A DNA stretch of 64,000 nt from Azolla caroliniana (Eukaryota; Plantae; Polypodiophyta), in the NCBI GenBank assembly GCA_043228905.1, contig JBHGNT010000005.1, positions 17,422,001 to 17,486,000 on the forward strand. The letters are read 5' to 3'. Every line of letters begins with the position of its first letter. The first letter of the stretch is position 1. The notes beneath the pieces were generated by a model. It worked only from the letters and a program-made list of their open reading frames with translations. It was not told where the DNA came from and made no database searches. Shown here piece after piece: positions 39,121-49,476 of the stretch. A program made the translations under genes and the position numbers.

Positions 39121-40504
39121 CAGTGTAAAGAGGAGCAAGAGTGGTTGAGATGCAACTGAAGGACTGTGTGTACGTAAGGCAAAAACAGAGAGAGAGTTTA
39201 AGACAGAGATAACAATATATTACATCCAATAGTAACAAAATTGCAAAGGGTTGGTTTAAATACTTACTAAATTAGGGCAAGGGCCCCTTTCTACTACTTA
39301 CAAAACTAGCATGGTATGTCAATGAGCTAGTGTGAATCCTATTTCTATGGGAAGTTGAGTTCAATTCTCAACACGCCCCTTTGAACACAACTCCCGGATA
39401 TCGAAAAATGGTTTCGGATCGGTCCGGTCTTTGGAACGCTTCAAACTTTGATTGTTCGGCCTTTTCTATACTCCCCCTCAAGCTCAATTGGTCAGGAAGA
39501 GATAGACCAAGGTTCGACGTGAACTGCTGCAGCTTGTCGATACCAAGGGCTTTCGTGAAAATGTCGGCTACCTGTAGGTGCGTACTGATATGTTGTAAAT
39601 CGATATCTCGGGCCTGTACGCGCTCGCGGATGAAATGATAGTGCACTTCGATGTGCTTAGTCTGCACGTGGAATACGGGGTTCCGCGCCAAGTAGATATT
39701 GCTCATGTTATCGCAGTATAGACAAATTGAATCTTTGATGAGTATGCCCAACTCCTTCAGTATACGCTTGAGCCATACGGCTTGGTTTCGGATTGGTCCG
39801 GTCTTTGGAACGCTTCAAACTTTGATTGTTCGGCCTTTTCTATACTCCCCCTCAAGCTCAATTGGTCAGGAAGAGATAGACCAAGGTTCGACGTGAACTG
39901 CCGCAACTTGTCGATACCAAGGGCTTTCGTGAAAATGTCGGCTACCTGTAGGTGCGTACTGATATGTTGTAAATCGATATCTCCGGCCTGTACGCGCTCG
40001 TGGATGAAATGATAGTGCACTTCGATGTGCTTAGTCTGCACGTGGAATACGGGGTTCCGTGCCAAGTAGATATTGCTCATGTTGTCGCAGTATAGACAAA
40101 TTGGATCTTTGATGAGTATGCCCAACTCCTTCAGTATACGCTTGAGCCATACGGCTTTGCATGCGGCGACTGCCGCACTCCTGTATTCAGCTTTCGTGCT
40201 TACCAATGCGATTGTCGGCTGCTTCTTACTGCTCTAGGAGATCGCTCCGCTACCAAGAGAGAAGACGAATCCGGATGTGGATCGTCTATCTGCTTTGTAT
40301 CCTGCCCAGTCTGCGTCTATGTACCCTTCGAGTCGAATGATCGTATTCGACTTATACATGATGCCGTAGTCCATTGTCGTGCTGACATACCGAAGTATCC
40401 GCTTAGCACAATCTAGATGAAGATTTCACGGAGTTTGCATAAATTGACTAAGCAGGCCGATCGAATAGTTGAGGTTGGGTCTCGTGATGGTTAGATAAAT
40501 TAAG
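39121..40504 (-). mobile_element. Copia 3' end: RT end, RNase H (partly duplicated), PPT and truncated 3' LTR (39121-39373)
   Basis: DADWAG, EYRSAAVAAC, YCDNMS, TKHIEVHYHFI, ADIFTKAL; AGGGGCG lies directly before TGTTGAGAATTG. Confidence 0.9.
39409..40156. repeat. 374-bp tandem duplication of the RNase H C-terminal region
   Basis: 39409-39782 and 39783-40156 are near-identical. Confidence 0.92.
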
Positions 40505-40784
40505 TGTTGAGATACAAGCTCAACATTGGCTGGATCGGATGTGCAAGCCGAGAGCCGAATCGGTTAGGCCGGATCGGTGCGTAAATTGGTGCGCAAACCT
40601 GTGTGCAACAAGAGGCTGGATCGGTGCGGAAATTGGGAGGCCGTTGAATAGATATTCCACGAGAGAATATATTTGGGAGTTAGTGTAGGAGCTCAATTAT
40701 GAGCATTGAAGTACGTGTCAGTACTTCTGTCAGTCCGTATGGAATTGTATAAAAGTGCTCTCTGAGCACATCCTATGTACAAAG

Positions 40785-41302
40785 CATAGTTCCTAATATT
40801 CGTGTACGTCGAATTTACTGGACGTACACGAATGTTTGCAAATGTACACGTATGATACACGATATTTGTTTGGCTGATTTATTTTTTTTGGTTTTTTTTA
40901 GGCGTTTTTTATTTCTAATATTCATCGTTCTTTGCAAATAGAAGTGACGTTTGACACACACACACCCTCTCTCTCTCATAGGAGAACTGACAGATCTTCT
41001 CTCTCTACAAAATCTAGATATCTAATATTCACACTCCCTCACATAGACAAACCCCATAGCTCCTCTCTCTCTCTCTCTAGAGTCTAGACATACACTCAAA
41101 CCACTGTCTCCTCACACATGCAAAATAGGGCTTCTCTCTCTAGACCACACACGCACACACACACACACAATGTACACCATATGTATATATCTATGTACCA
41201 CGTATGGATTTCAATCATACTCAAAGCCTTTTCACGTATGAGTATGATACGAATATTGGTGTTTGAGTATGGCACGAATGGGACGTATGGCTAGAACTAT
41301 GG
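40785..41302. mobile_element. Non-autonomous hAT element (MITE), copy 2, inside a Copia LTR
   Basis: CATAGTTC...GAACTATG; 8-bp TSD GTACAAAG/GTACAGAG; colinear with 21998-22533. Confidence 0.9.
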
Positions 41303-42134
41303 TACAGAGTTTTACACATTATTTTGAATTTAGTTTTTCTGTGTGTTCACTCCATCTCTGTCTCTCCCACGTACATTGTGTCTTAAGCTCTCCATTAAAC
41401 ATGTTTTTCCTTGTTGGTATTCTGTATTTCATATAGCTTCTACACGCCACATTTCTCATGGTATCAGAGTGCGAGGGTTGAGAACCTCTCCAGTCGACTT
41501 AAGCTCGAAACGACAAAAAAAAAACTAATCTCGGTGAAGAACGAAAAGGAAAAAATGGATAGAGGCATGGCTAGTTCGATTCCAATTGAGAAGCTTGACA
41601 GAAGCAACTATGCATCTTGGTCATACAAGATGCACTAGTACCTTCTCGGACATGGATACTGGAGCTATGTTGATGGAGCAAATGATGCAACACCCGAATC
41701 GACACACAGAGACTTCCCGGCTTGGGAACAATCGGCGAGCAGAGTTCTCTACTACTTCGCGTCCTGTGTGAGCGAACAACTCTTGAGCTACATTCGAGAT
41801 GCAAGAATGCTGAAGGATGCTTGGGGAAATCTGAAAAAGATTTTCGCCGCAAGCACCACAACCAAGAAGTTCCAACTCTGACAGGAGTTGAGCAATGTGC
41901 GTCAACGTGACATGACGGTGGCTAACTAGACCTCCAAGATAAAGGATATCTGCGATTCCCTCGCCTTCATCGATGTTGTCGTTGAGGAGGGCGAAATGGT
42001 GCAAATCTACCTCGGAGGATTGGCGTCGAAGTTTGGAGCATTCCGAATTACTATTTGTACAAGGGAGAATATGCTGTCGTTTTTCGACTTGCAATTGATG
42101 CTCCTTGTAGAGGAGAATCACACGGGTGCATCAA

Positions 42135-43057
42135 TTGTTCTCTTTCAATTGTTTCCAAAAACGATTAAATTCCTATCAATATCTTCTTGTCTCTTCAGAC
42201 CATCCCATACATGTCAAACAAAATTTTATTTCGAACGAATTAAAACGCTACCTAGTTAGAGAAAGTACACCTATAGGGTACCTAGAAATGAAAAAACATT
42301 TCTTCCTTAGACTCATTAGCCGAGGTTACCCACCAAATTTCATCCTTAAAGCCTTTAAAAAACATCCTTTCTCCCTTAGGAATACTCTCATCCATAAGCA
42401 TAAAAACAAATCTTCCCTTACACCTACCATATTCAAGCTTAGGTACTCTAAAAACTCCCCTAAATTAGGCATCCACTCGTCACGTCGACCTTAGCCTAGA
42501 TCCCCAACTAAAAGACATTCCTAAGCCTTTCATATGTTGGACCAAGTCCAAATCACTTTATTCTTATCTAGTCAAAATTAAATATATTAGATCCCCAAAT
42601 CCCCATTAAAACATCACACTTACTATTGCTATCATTCTATTAGAACTAAATATAATAGATTCCCAAATCATCCCTTCCCATCAAACTCATTAAGCTATCC
42701 CTCTCTAGATTCACTACCTCCCTAATTCCAACATCCTCCTTTATACACATTCAAATCCCCTCTCATCCATCCCCGCCACTCCCCGTCTCTCTTCTTTCAT
42801 CTTCCCTTATATAAGCCTCTCACATTTTTGTATATGGTCTTTAGCACTGATGAGCTCATATAGAGTGAAACATGTTTGCCAAAAGACCTTTTCTTACATA
42901 AATTGAAATTTGAATTCTCTCTCTCTCTCTCTCCTCCTCCCCTACTATTCTCTTTTATAGTATTCTTTAGGTACCTTACTATTTAAGCTAACTATTCAAC
43001 CGCCGAAGGTTATACGCTCGCACTCCTTGCTTAGGCCATGTGGCCTACAACTACTAA
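42135..43057 (+). mobile_element. 5'-truncated Penelope-like retroelement: RT C-terminus plus a hammerhead-bearing 3' region
   Basis: FQKRLNSYQYLLVSSDHPIHVKQNFISNELKRY...FFLRLISRGYP matches the PLE RT C-terminal signature; frameshifted tail PKPFICWTKSKSLYSYLVK ends at TAA 42609. AT-rich insert that splits the Copia gag EENHTGAS|SLHDDNKMLYTE. Confidence 0.8.
42836..42888 (+). ncRNA. Minimal type-I hammerhead ribozyme
   Basis: GGTCTTTAGCA-CTGATGA-GCTC ATATA GAGT-GAAA-CATGT-T-TGCCAAAAGACC contains both core motifs, stem II, the palindromic stem III ACATGT and a closing stem I. Confidence 0.8.
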
Positions 43058-44477
43058 AGAGTTTGCACGATGACAACAAGATGTTGTACACGGAGGGAGA
43101 TAGGCCCCATGGTCGTGGTGGACGAGGTGAATCAGCGTGCAATGGAGGTGGCCGACGGGAGCAAGGAAGAAGGCATTGTGGTGATGCCAACAACAATTCC
43201 GAACCCTCCGAAAACAGGGGGAGTCGAGGAGGCGACGAGAATCAGCAAGGGAAACACACCGCGAAATGCTGGTATTGTGGCAAGGAAGGCCAAAAGGAGA
43301 GCGAGTGCTGGAAGAAGCGTGCTGATTCGGAGAAAACCGGATCCGGATCCGGATGGACTAAACAAGGAAATCGGCAACGAAAGCACTATGCCGAAGGATC
43401 CAAAAAAGTCGGAAAAGGGGGCAGCCTTTGTGACAAGACATGAAGCGAACTCAATGAAGAAGACCACCCCGAAATTAGATGAAGTGTGGTACGTTGACTC
43501 TGGAGCCTCAAACCATATGACGAACCATAAAGAGTGGTTCTCATATCTGGAAAAACTGGAACAACAGGGAGTAGTCACAACAGGAGATGACACTCCGCAT
43601 CCGATCGTACATGTCGGTGAAGTTCCCCTCAGCCACGTCGGGCAAAAAGGGAAGCTAATGAACGTGTTACATGTCCCGACAATTACGAAGAATCTGGTGT
43701 CAGTCAGACAGATCGTCAACCAAGGGATGCAAGTCCGGTTCACGCATCTCGGGTGCGCTTCATTGAGGAAGAAGGCCAAGTTATTGCGCAAGGGCGTAGG
43801 CACCGCCATATTCACGAAAGGGCAAAAAGTCGAGTCGGATATTGACTTGTGACATTAGCGAAAAGGCCACGTCAACTACCAAAGGCTTCAGGACCTACAA
43901 TCAAAACAAGTTGTGTTCGGATTGCCGAAATTCAGTGGTCGAAAGGCCCAAATTTGTGAAGCCTGCTAGCTAGGGAAGCAACACTGACTTCCTTTCCCAA
44001 ACGAGCGTAATTGGAGCCGAAATAAGCTTGACTTGATACATTCAGATGTATGGGGATCGGCACAGAACGTGAGTCTTGGTGGGAGTCGATGTTTTGTCTC
44101 CTTCATCAACAACTACACTCGACGCACATGGATCTACCTCATTGAAAAGAAGAGTGAAGTCTTCGACTGTTTTCGGAACATCAAAAATCTTGCCGAAAGG
44201 GAAATAGGGAGGAAGATCAAGTGCTTGCAGTCGGATGGCGGAAAAGAGTACTTTTCCGGCCAATTCAATAGTTATCTGCAACAAATGGGAATTCGGCGCG
44301 AATTCAGTTGCAGGTATACGCCAGATCAAAACGGCGTAGCCGAAAGGAAGAATCGGTCGGTTGTGGAAGCAACACGGGCAATGCTGGAAGAAAAGAGCAT
44401 GCCCAAGTTCTATTGGGCCGAAGCGGTCCAAACCGCGGTCTACATCCAGAATCGGATCGGAGAAAAAGTGTCGGCAA

Positions 44478-44664
44478 ACTTCCCCAACTTCCCCAATGTA
44501 ATGGCTTTCACACTAGCAATGGACACACTAAGTTCATGCCAGTTTTGTAAATAGTAGAAAGGCCAGTTGCCCTAAGTTAGTTGGTATTTAAATAAACTCT
44601 TTTGTAACCTAGTTATTGTTGGATGTATTTCTTGCTAATACAACTTCTTGTTCTTTGTCTCTAG

Positions 44665-44698
<34 letters not shown>

Positions 44699-44770
44699 TG
44701 TCTGACACACACGCACGCACATAGTTACCTTCCGTTGCACTAGATCGCCTACACTCTCCATTTCTTTACA
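44478..44770 (+). mobile_element. Copia LTR fragment (family of 37924 and 39121)
   Basis: AACTTCCCCAATGTAATGGCTTTCACACTAGCAATGGACACACTA... matches 37941-38033. Confidence 0.75.
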
Positions 44771-44992
44771 ATCAAGATCCATATTTGTAAATGAATTTTA
44801 TCAAGTAAGAACTTAAAAAAATGAAGTCTACCAAAACCCATAATAATGATTTGGCAAGATGAGATTTGAGTTTGAGACTTAAGTCACTCTTGAAATCTGG
44901 CTAAAATAATCATAATTTGACAAGGAAAGGTTTGAACTTGAGACCTATTTTTTGAAAGCATACAACTAAGAACCACTATTGGGCATACATTA

Positions 44993-47900
44993 TGTGAAAG
45001 TGTTTTTAGAATTCAAGGTATTGAACACTACAAGGATATAAGGTATGGAGCATTCACATCTAGAGGGCAAGAACAGAAACCAAGATCTTGAGGATAAGTC
45101 AAACTAAAAGCAAGAAACATGGAGAAAAGTAAAAGAAGAAAAAAGCGGGCCACCAAAACACAATCTGAAACGAATGATCATAACTCTTTAATTCTAATAT
45201 AACTAACCAAGCTAGTATACAAATGATGTGAGATGTAGATAATCCAAGAACTGATGGAACTATCCCCAAGCAACTAAATCAACACCTGGATGAGCTAACG
45301 AATCAATTTCGTCAAATGCAAGCAAGTTTCAACACCAACCAAATTCGAGAGGTGCCACAAGAAAAACGAGTCCTGGTTTGTTATTCTTGTGGTGTTGAAG
45401 GCCATATTGCTACATGGTGTCCTTCGAGACGACAAGGAGTCTTAGGACAAGGTATCTATCAAGTTCAAGGAGGTTCCCTAACAACCATGCAAATAACAAC
45501 AATCAAGTTTCTATGGATGGAGGACTATTGCGAATGGCACAAGTTCCAACAATACCTCCCAATGTAAATCTTCTTGATTTTATGTATGATACTGACGATG
45601 ATTGTGATGTTGTTCCAATCAAGAGAACTTGAGCAACCCACAAGGACAAAGAGGTGGAAAGGGAATCAAGTAACCCTCAAATAAAGAAAAAAACTAAGGA
45701 GTCTAAGATGGAGAATTCTTCAAAAAATCGTTGTTCAAACTTCAAGGAGAAAGATCGATGTGGAGGACATGCCTATGGGGAAAGGAGCGGAGCCTTTCGA
45801 CCTCAAGCAAGAGTTAATTACTAATGGACCCCGAATCACTTGGCCGCAACTTCTTCAACTCTCTCCAAAGATACAGAAGGAATGGGGATGACCAACGAGC
45901 ATACGTCAAAGTACCAAAATAATGCACTATGCGGAGTTTGTACGAGTGAAGGAACTAAAGGATATTTGACCCGTTATTTTGGTAACCATGAAAGGTCTTT
46001 TCATTAACGATGCCTTAGTAAATAGTGGTATTAGGATTGGTCCTTCATCCAATGTCATAGTGAATAAAATTGGAAATCCTATTTGTCCAAAGTCCTCCAA
46101 CATGGTTGACAAGGGTTTGGTTCCTTGTTTGGGAGCTATAGAGGATAAGGTTATTGATTTTTTTGGCATATCCATTTCCATGGATTTACATGTAATACTC
46201 ATTAAAGGCCCATCTTATTCCTTAATATTAGTAAGACCTTGGATGCAAGAATTACATGTAATACATGATTGGAGTATCATGAACATATCACCATCAAAGG
46301 GGTTTAACATATTCTACGATTTGTATCTACAACAACTAATCAAATGTATAAAGGAGAATGAATCATCTATTGACAATGGCAAGCAAGAAGAGGAAAGCAT
46401 AACAATTGACAAAGCTTCGTGGGATAGGGAAAACAAATTGTTTCACGTGGTGTTTAAGGATAAAGGAGAAGTCATTGAAGAAGGGAAAAAGAAGATGAAT
46501 TCAAACGATATCCAAGGAGAAGAATATCTAAGGTTTACTTCTCTTCTTTCTAAGTTTCCAAAGTTACTTATAAATGACTATTACATATAAGAGGAGAAGA
46601 TGGCATCAAACACCACATCAAGTTGAAGGAAAGTGTACCAATTGCCCAAACGCTTCAACAATCGAACGTTGTGCAAAAGGAAGATCTTAAAGCATTGTTA
46701 CAAGAGAGTTTCATTTATCATATGGAGGATTTGAAGTGTGTGTCACCTATTGTTGTGGTTCTAAAGTAGGATGACATCAACTTTCAACACTTGATTGATT
46801 CTATCAAACAAGATCAATTTTCACTTCCTTTTTGAGATGAGATTGTAGATGAAATCATCGTTTATAAAAAACAAGGTAGTGTGGAGAATGTGGTACGCCA
46901 CGAAGGAATTCATGTGGAATCAAAGATCGAAGTAATTCAAAAGGTGACAACTCCAACAAGTTTCAAAGCTTTGAAGGTATTTGTGCAAAAGGTTGGCTTG
47001 CTTAAAAGGTTTATTTATATGTTGACATGCTTACCTCTATCAAGAGTTATGTATCGCATGGCCCTACTTGTGTTTGGAGAGTTGACAAAAACATAATAAT
47101 TATGGTAACCTCTTTCTTTGTGTTGACAAGGAGAAAGATGGTGATGGCAATTGTCAATATGCGTGTGCGTGTGGGTGGGTGTTTAGAAGTGTGAGGTTTT
47201 TCCTACCGATTAGTGGAGGTTTACTCACATAATTTGTTATTTATTTATTTATTCTCTCCTTCTTTTTCTATAGCCATGAATAAGGCGAAGGAGAATATTT
47301 GGTTTTATTAGTAGCTTAGGGGGAGGGATAAATGTGAAAGTGTTTTTAGAATTCAAGTTATTGAATTCTAAATGTGAAAGTCTTTGGTTCACCAAGAAGC
47401 AAGGGGGAGGGCTAAATGTGAAAGTGTTTTTAGAATTCAAGTTATTGAATTCTAAATGTGAAAGTCTTCGGTTCACCAAGAAGCAAGGGGGAGGGCTAAA
47501 TGTGAAAGTGTTTTTAGAATTCAAGTTATTGAATTCTAAATGTGAAAGTCTTCGGTTCACCAAGAAGCAAGGGGGAGGGCTAAATGTGAAAGTGTTTTTA
47601 GAATTCAAGTTATTGAATTCTAAATGTGAAAGTCTTTGGTTCACCAAGAAGCAAGGGGGAGGGCTAAATGTGAAAGTGTTTTTAGAATTCAAGTTATTGA
47701 ATTCTAAATGTGAAAGTCTTTGGTTCACCAAGAAGCAAGGGGGAGGGCTAAATGTGAAAGTGTTTTTAGAATTCAAGTTATTGAACACTACAAGAATATA
47801 AGGTATGGATCATTCACATAAGGAGGTCAAGAACACGAACCAAGATCTTGAGGATAAGTCAAACTAAAAGTAAGAAACATAGAGAAAAGTAAAAAAAGAA

Positions 47901-49476
47901 AAAAGTGGGCCACCCAAACACAGTCTGAAACGAACGATCATAAACCTTTCGTTTGAAACATAAATATAATGTGAAAATATGGGTTAGAAAGATCGTGAAG
48001 TCAGATATCTTTAGAACTTTAGATATCTAAATTTGGAGCTTTGGTGAGGGAGATATGACAATTAGAAGGTCGTTGTGTCATAGTTAAAAATAGTTCAAGA
48101 TGAAAAACTTCTTAAAAAAACGTGAAAAAGAAAGCAAGGGGAAGTTATCTAGTAGAGGAGACCTTTATATAAAGCAAGAAGAGTAAGGTGGTGAGAGGCG
48201 TTCTTAGTCTACTTCTTGTTGTGTTTTCTTGCCCATCCATGATGATATTATATTGATGTAGTGTGGTTGAGTTGTTATCAATATCTCATCATGAATGGGA
48301 AAGAAAACACCACAAGAAGTAGACCAAGAACCCCTCTCACCACCTTACTCTTCTTGCTTTATATAAAGGTCTCCTCTACTAGATAACTTCCCCTTGCTTT
48401 CTTTTTTACGTTTTTTTTAGAAGTTTTGCATCTTCTATTTTTAGCTATGACACAACAACTTTCTAATCATCATATCTCCCTCACCAGAGCTCCAAATTTC
48501 GAGATCTAAAGTTCTAAAGATAGTTGACTTCACGATCTTTCTAACCCATGCTTGCACATTATATTTGTGTTTCAAACGAAAGAGTTATGATCGTTCGTTT
48601 CAGACTGTGTTTGGGTGGCCCGCTTTTTTCTTCTTTTACTTTTCTCTATGTTTCTTACTTTTAGTTTGATTTATCCTCAAGATCTTGGTTCGTGTTCTTG
48701 CCCTCCGGATGTGAATGATCCATACCTTATATTCTTGTAGTGTGCAATAGTTTGAATTCTAAAAACACTTTCACATTTAGCTCTTCCCCTTGCTTCTTGG
48801 TGAACCTTAAGTTACTAATAAAACCAAAGATTCTCCTTCGCCTTATTCATGGCTATAGAAAAAGAATGAGAGAATAAATAAATAAATAACAAATTATGTG
48901 AGTAAACCCCATCTAGTCGATAGGAAATACCTCACACTTCTAAACACACACCCACACGCACACGCACACGCACATTGACAATTGTCATCACCATCTTTCT
49001 CCTTGTCAACACAAAAAAAGAGGTTACCACAATTATTATGTCTTTGTCAACCCTCCAAACACAAGTAGGGCCATGCGATACATAACTCTTGATAGAAGTA
49101 AGCATGTCAACATATGAATAAACCTTTTAAGCGAGCGAACCTTTTGCACAAATACCTTCAAAGCTTTGAGACTTGTTGGAGTTGTCACCTTTTGAATTAC
49201 TTCGATCTTTGATTCTAAAGATAGTTGACTTCACGAGAGTTCTAACCCGTATTTGCACATTATATTTGGGTTTCAAATGAAAGAGTTATGAGCATTTGTT
49301 TCAGACTGTGTTTTGGTGGCCCGTTTTTTTTTTCTTTTACTTTTCTCCCCGTTTTTTGCTTTTAGTTTGACTTATTCTCAAGATCTTGGTTTGTGTTCTT
49401 GCCCTCCGGATGTGAAGGCTCCATACCTTATATTCTTGTAGTGTTCAATAGCTTGAATTCTCAAAACACTTTCACA
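44993..49476. mobile_element. Fold-back Ty3/Gypsy structure: degenerate + strand element plus an inverted, internally deleted mirror copy
   Basis: LTR start TGTGAAAGTGTTTTTAGAATTC at 44993 and 47753, inverted at 48775 and 49476; gag knuckle CYSCGVEGHIATWC; protease- and RT-like relics at 45980-47090. Arms 46917-48257 and 48277-49215 are inverted copies. Confidence 0.8.
47333..47785. repeat. 84-bp tandem array (5 full units plus 1 partial) of PPT and LTR start
   Basis: Units start at 47333, 47417, 47501, 47585, 47669 and 47753 and are nearly identical. Confidence 0.97.

Larger units (their letters stand above)
40505..44478 (+). mobile_element. 3'-truncated Ty1/Copia (5' LTR 40505-41458, PBS, gag, protease, integrase) with nested MITE and Penelope-like element
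   Basis: TGTTGAGATACAAGCTCAACA start; PBS TGGTATCAGAG at 41459; gag EKLDRSNYASWSYKM; knuckle CWYCGKEGQKESEC; WYVDSGASNHM; HSDVWG...SDGGKEY...QNGVAERKNR...WAEA. Confidence 0.92.

Noticed and set aside
47249-47801. ORFs with 28-aa repeats on both strands
   Set aside because: A consequence of a stop-free 84-bp unit made of PPT and LTR sequence; no sign of a real protein.
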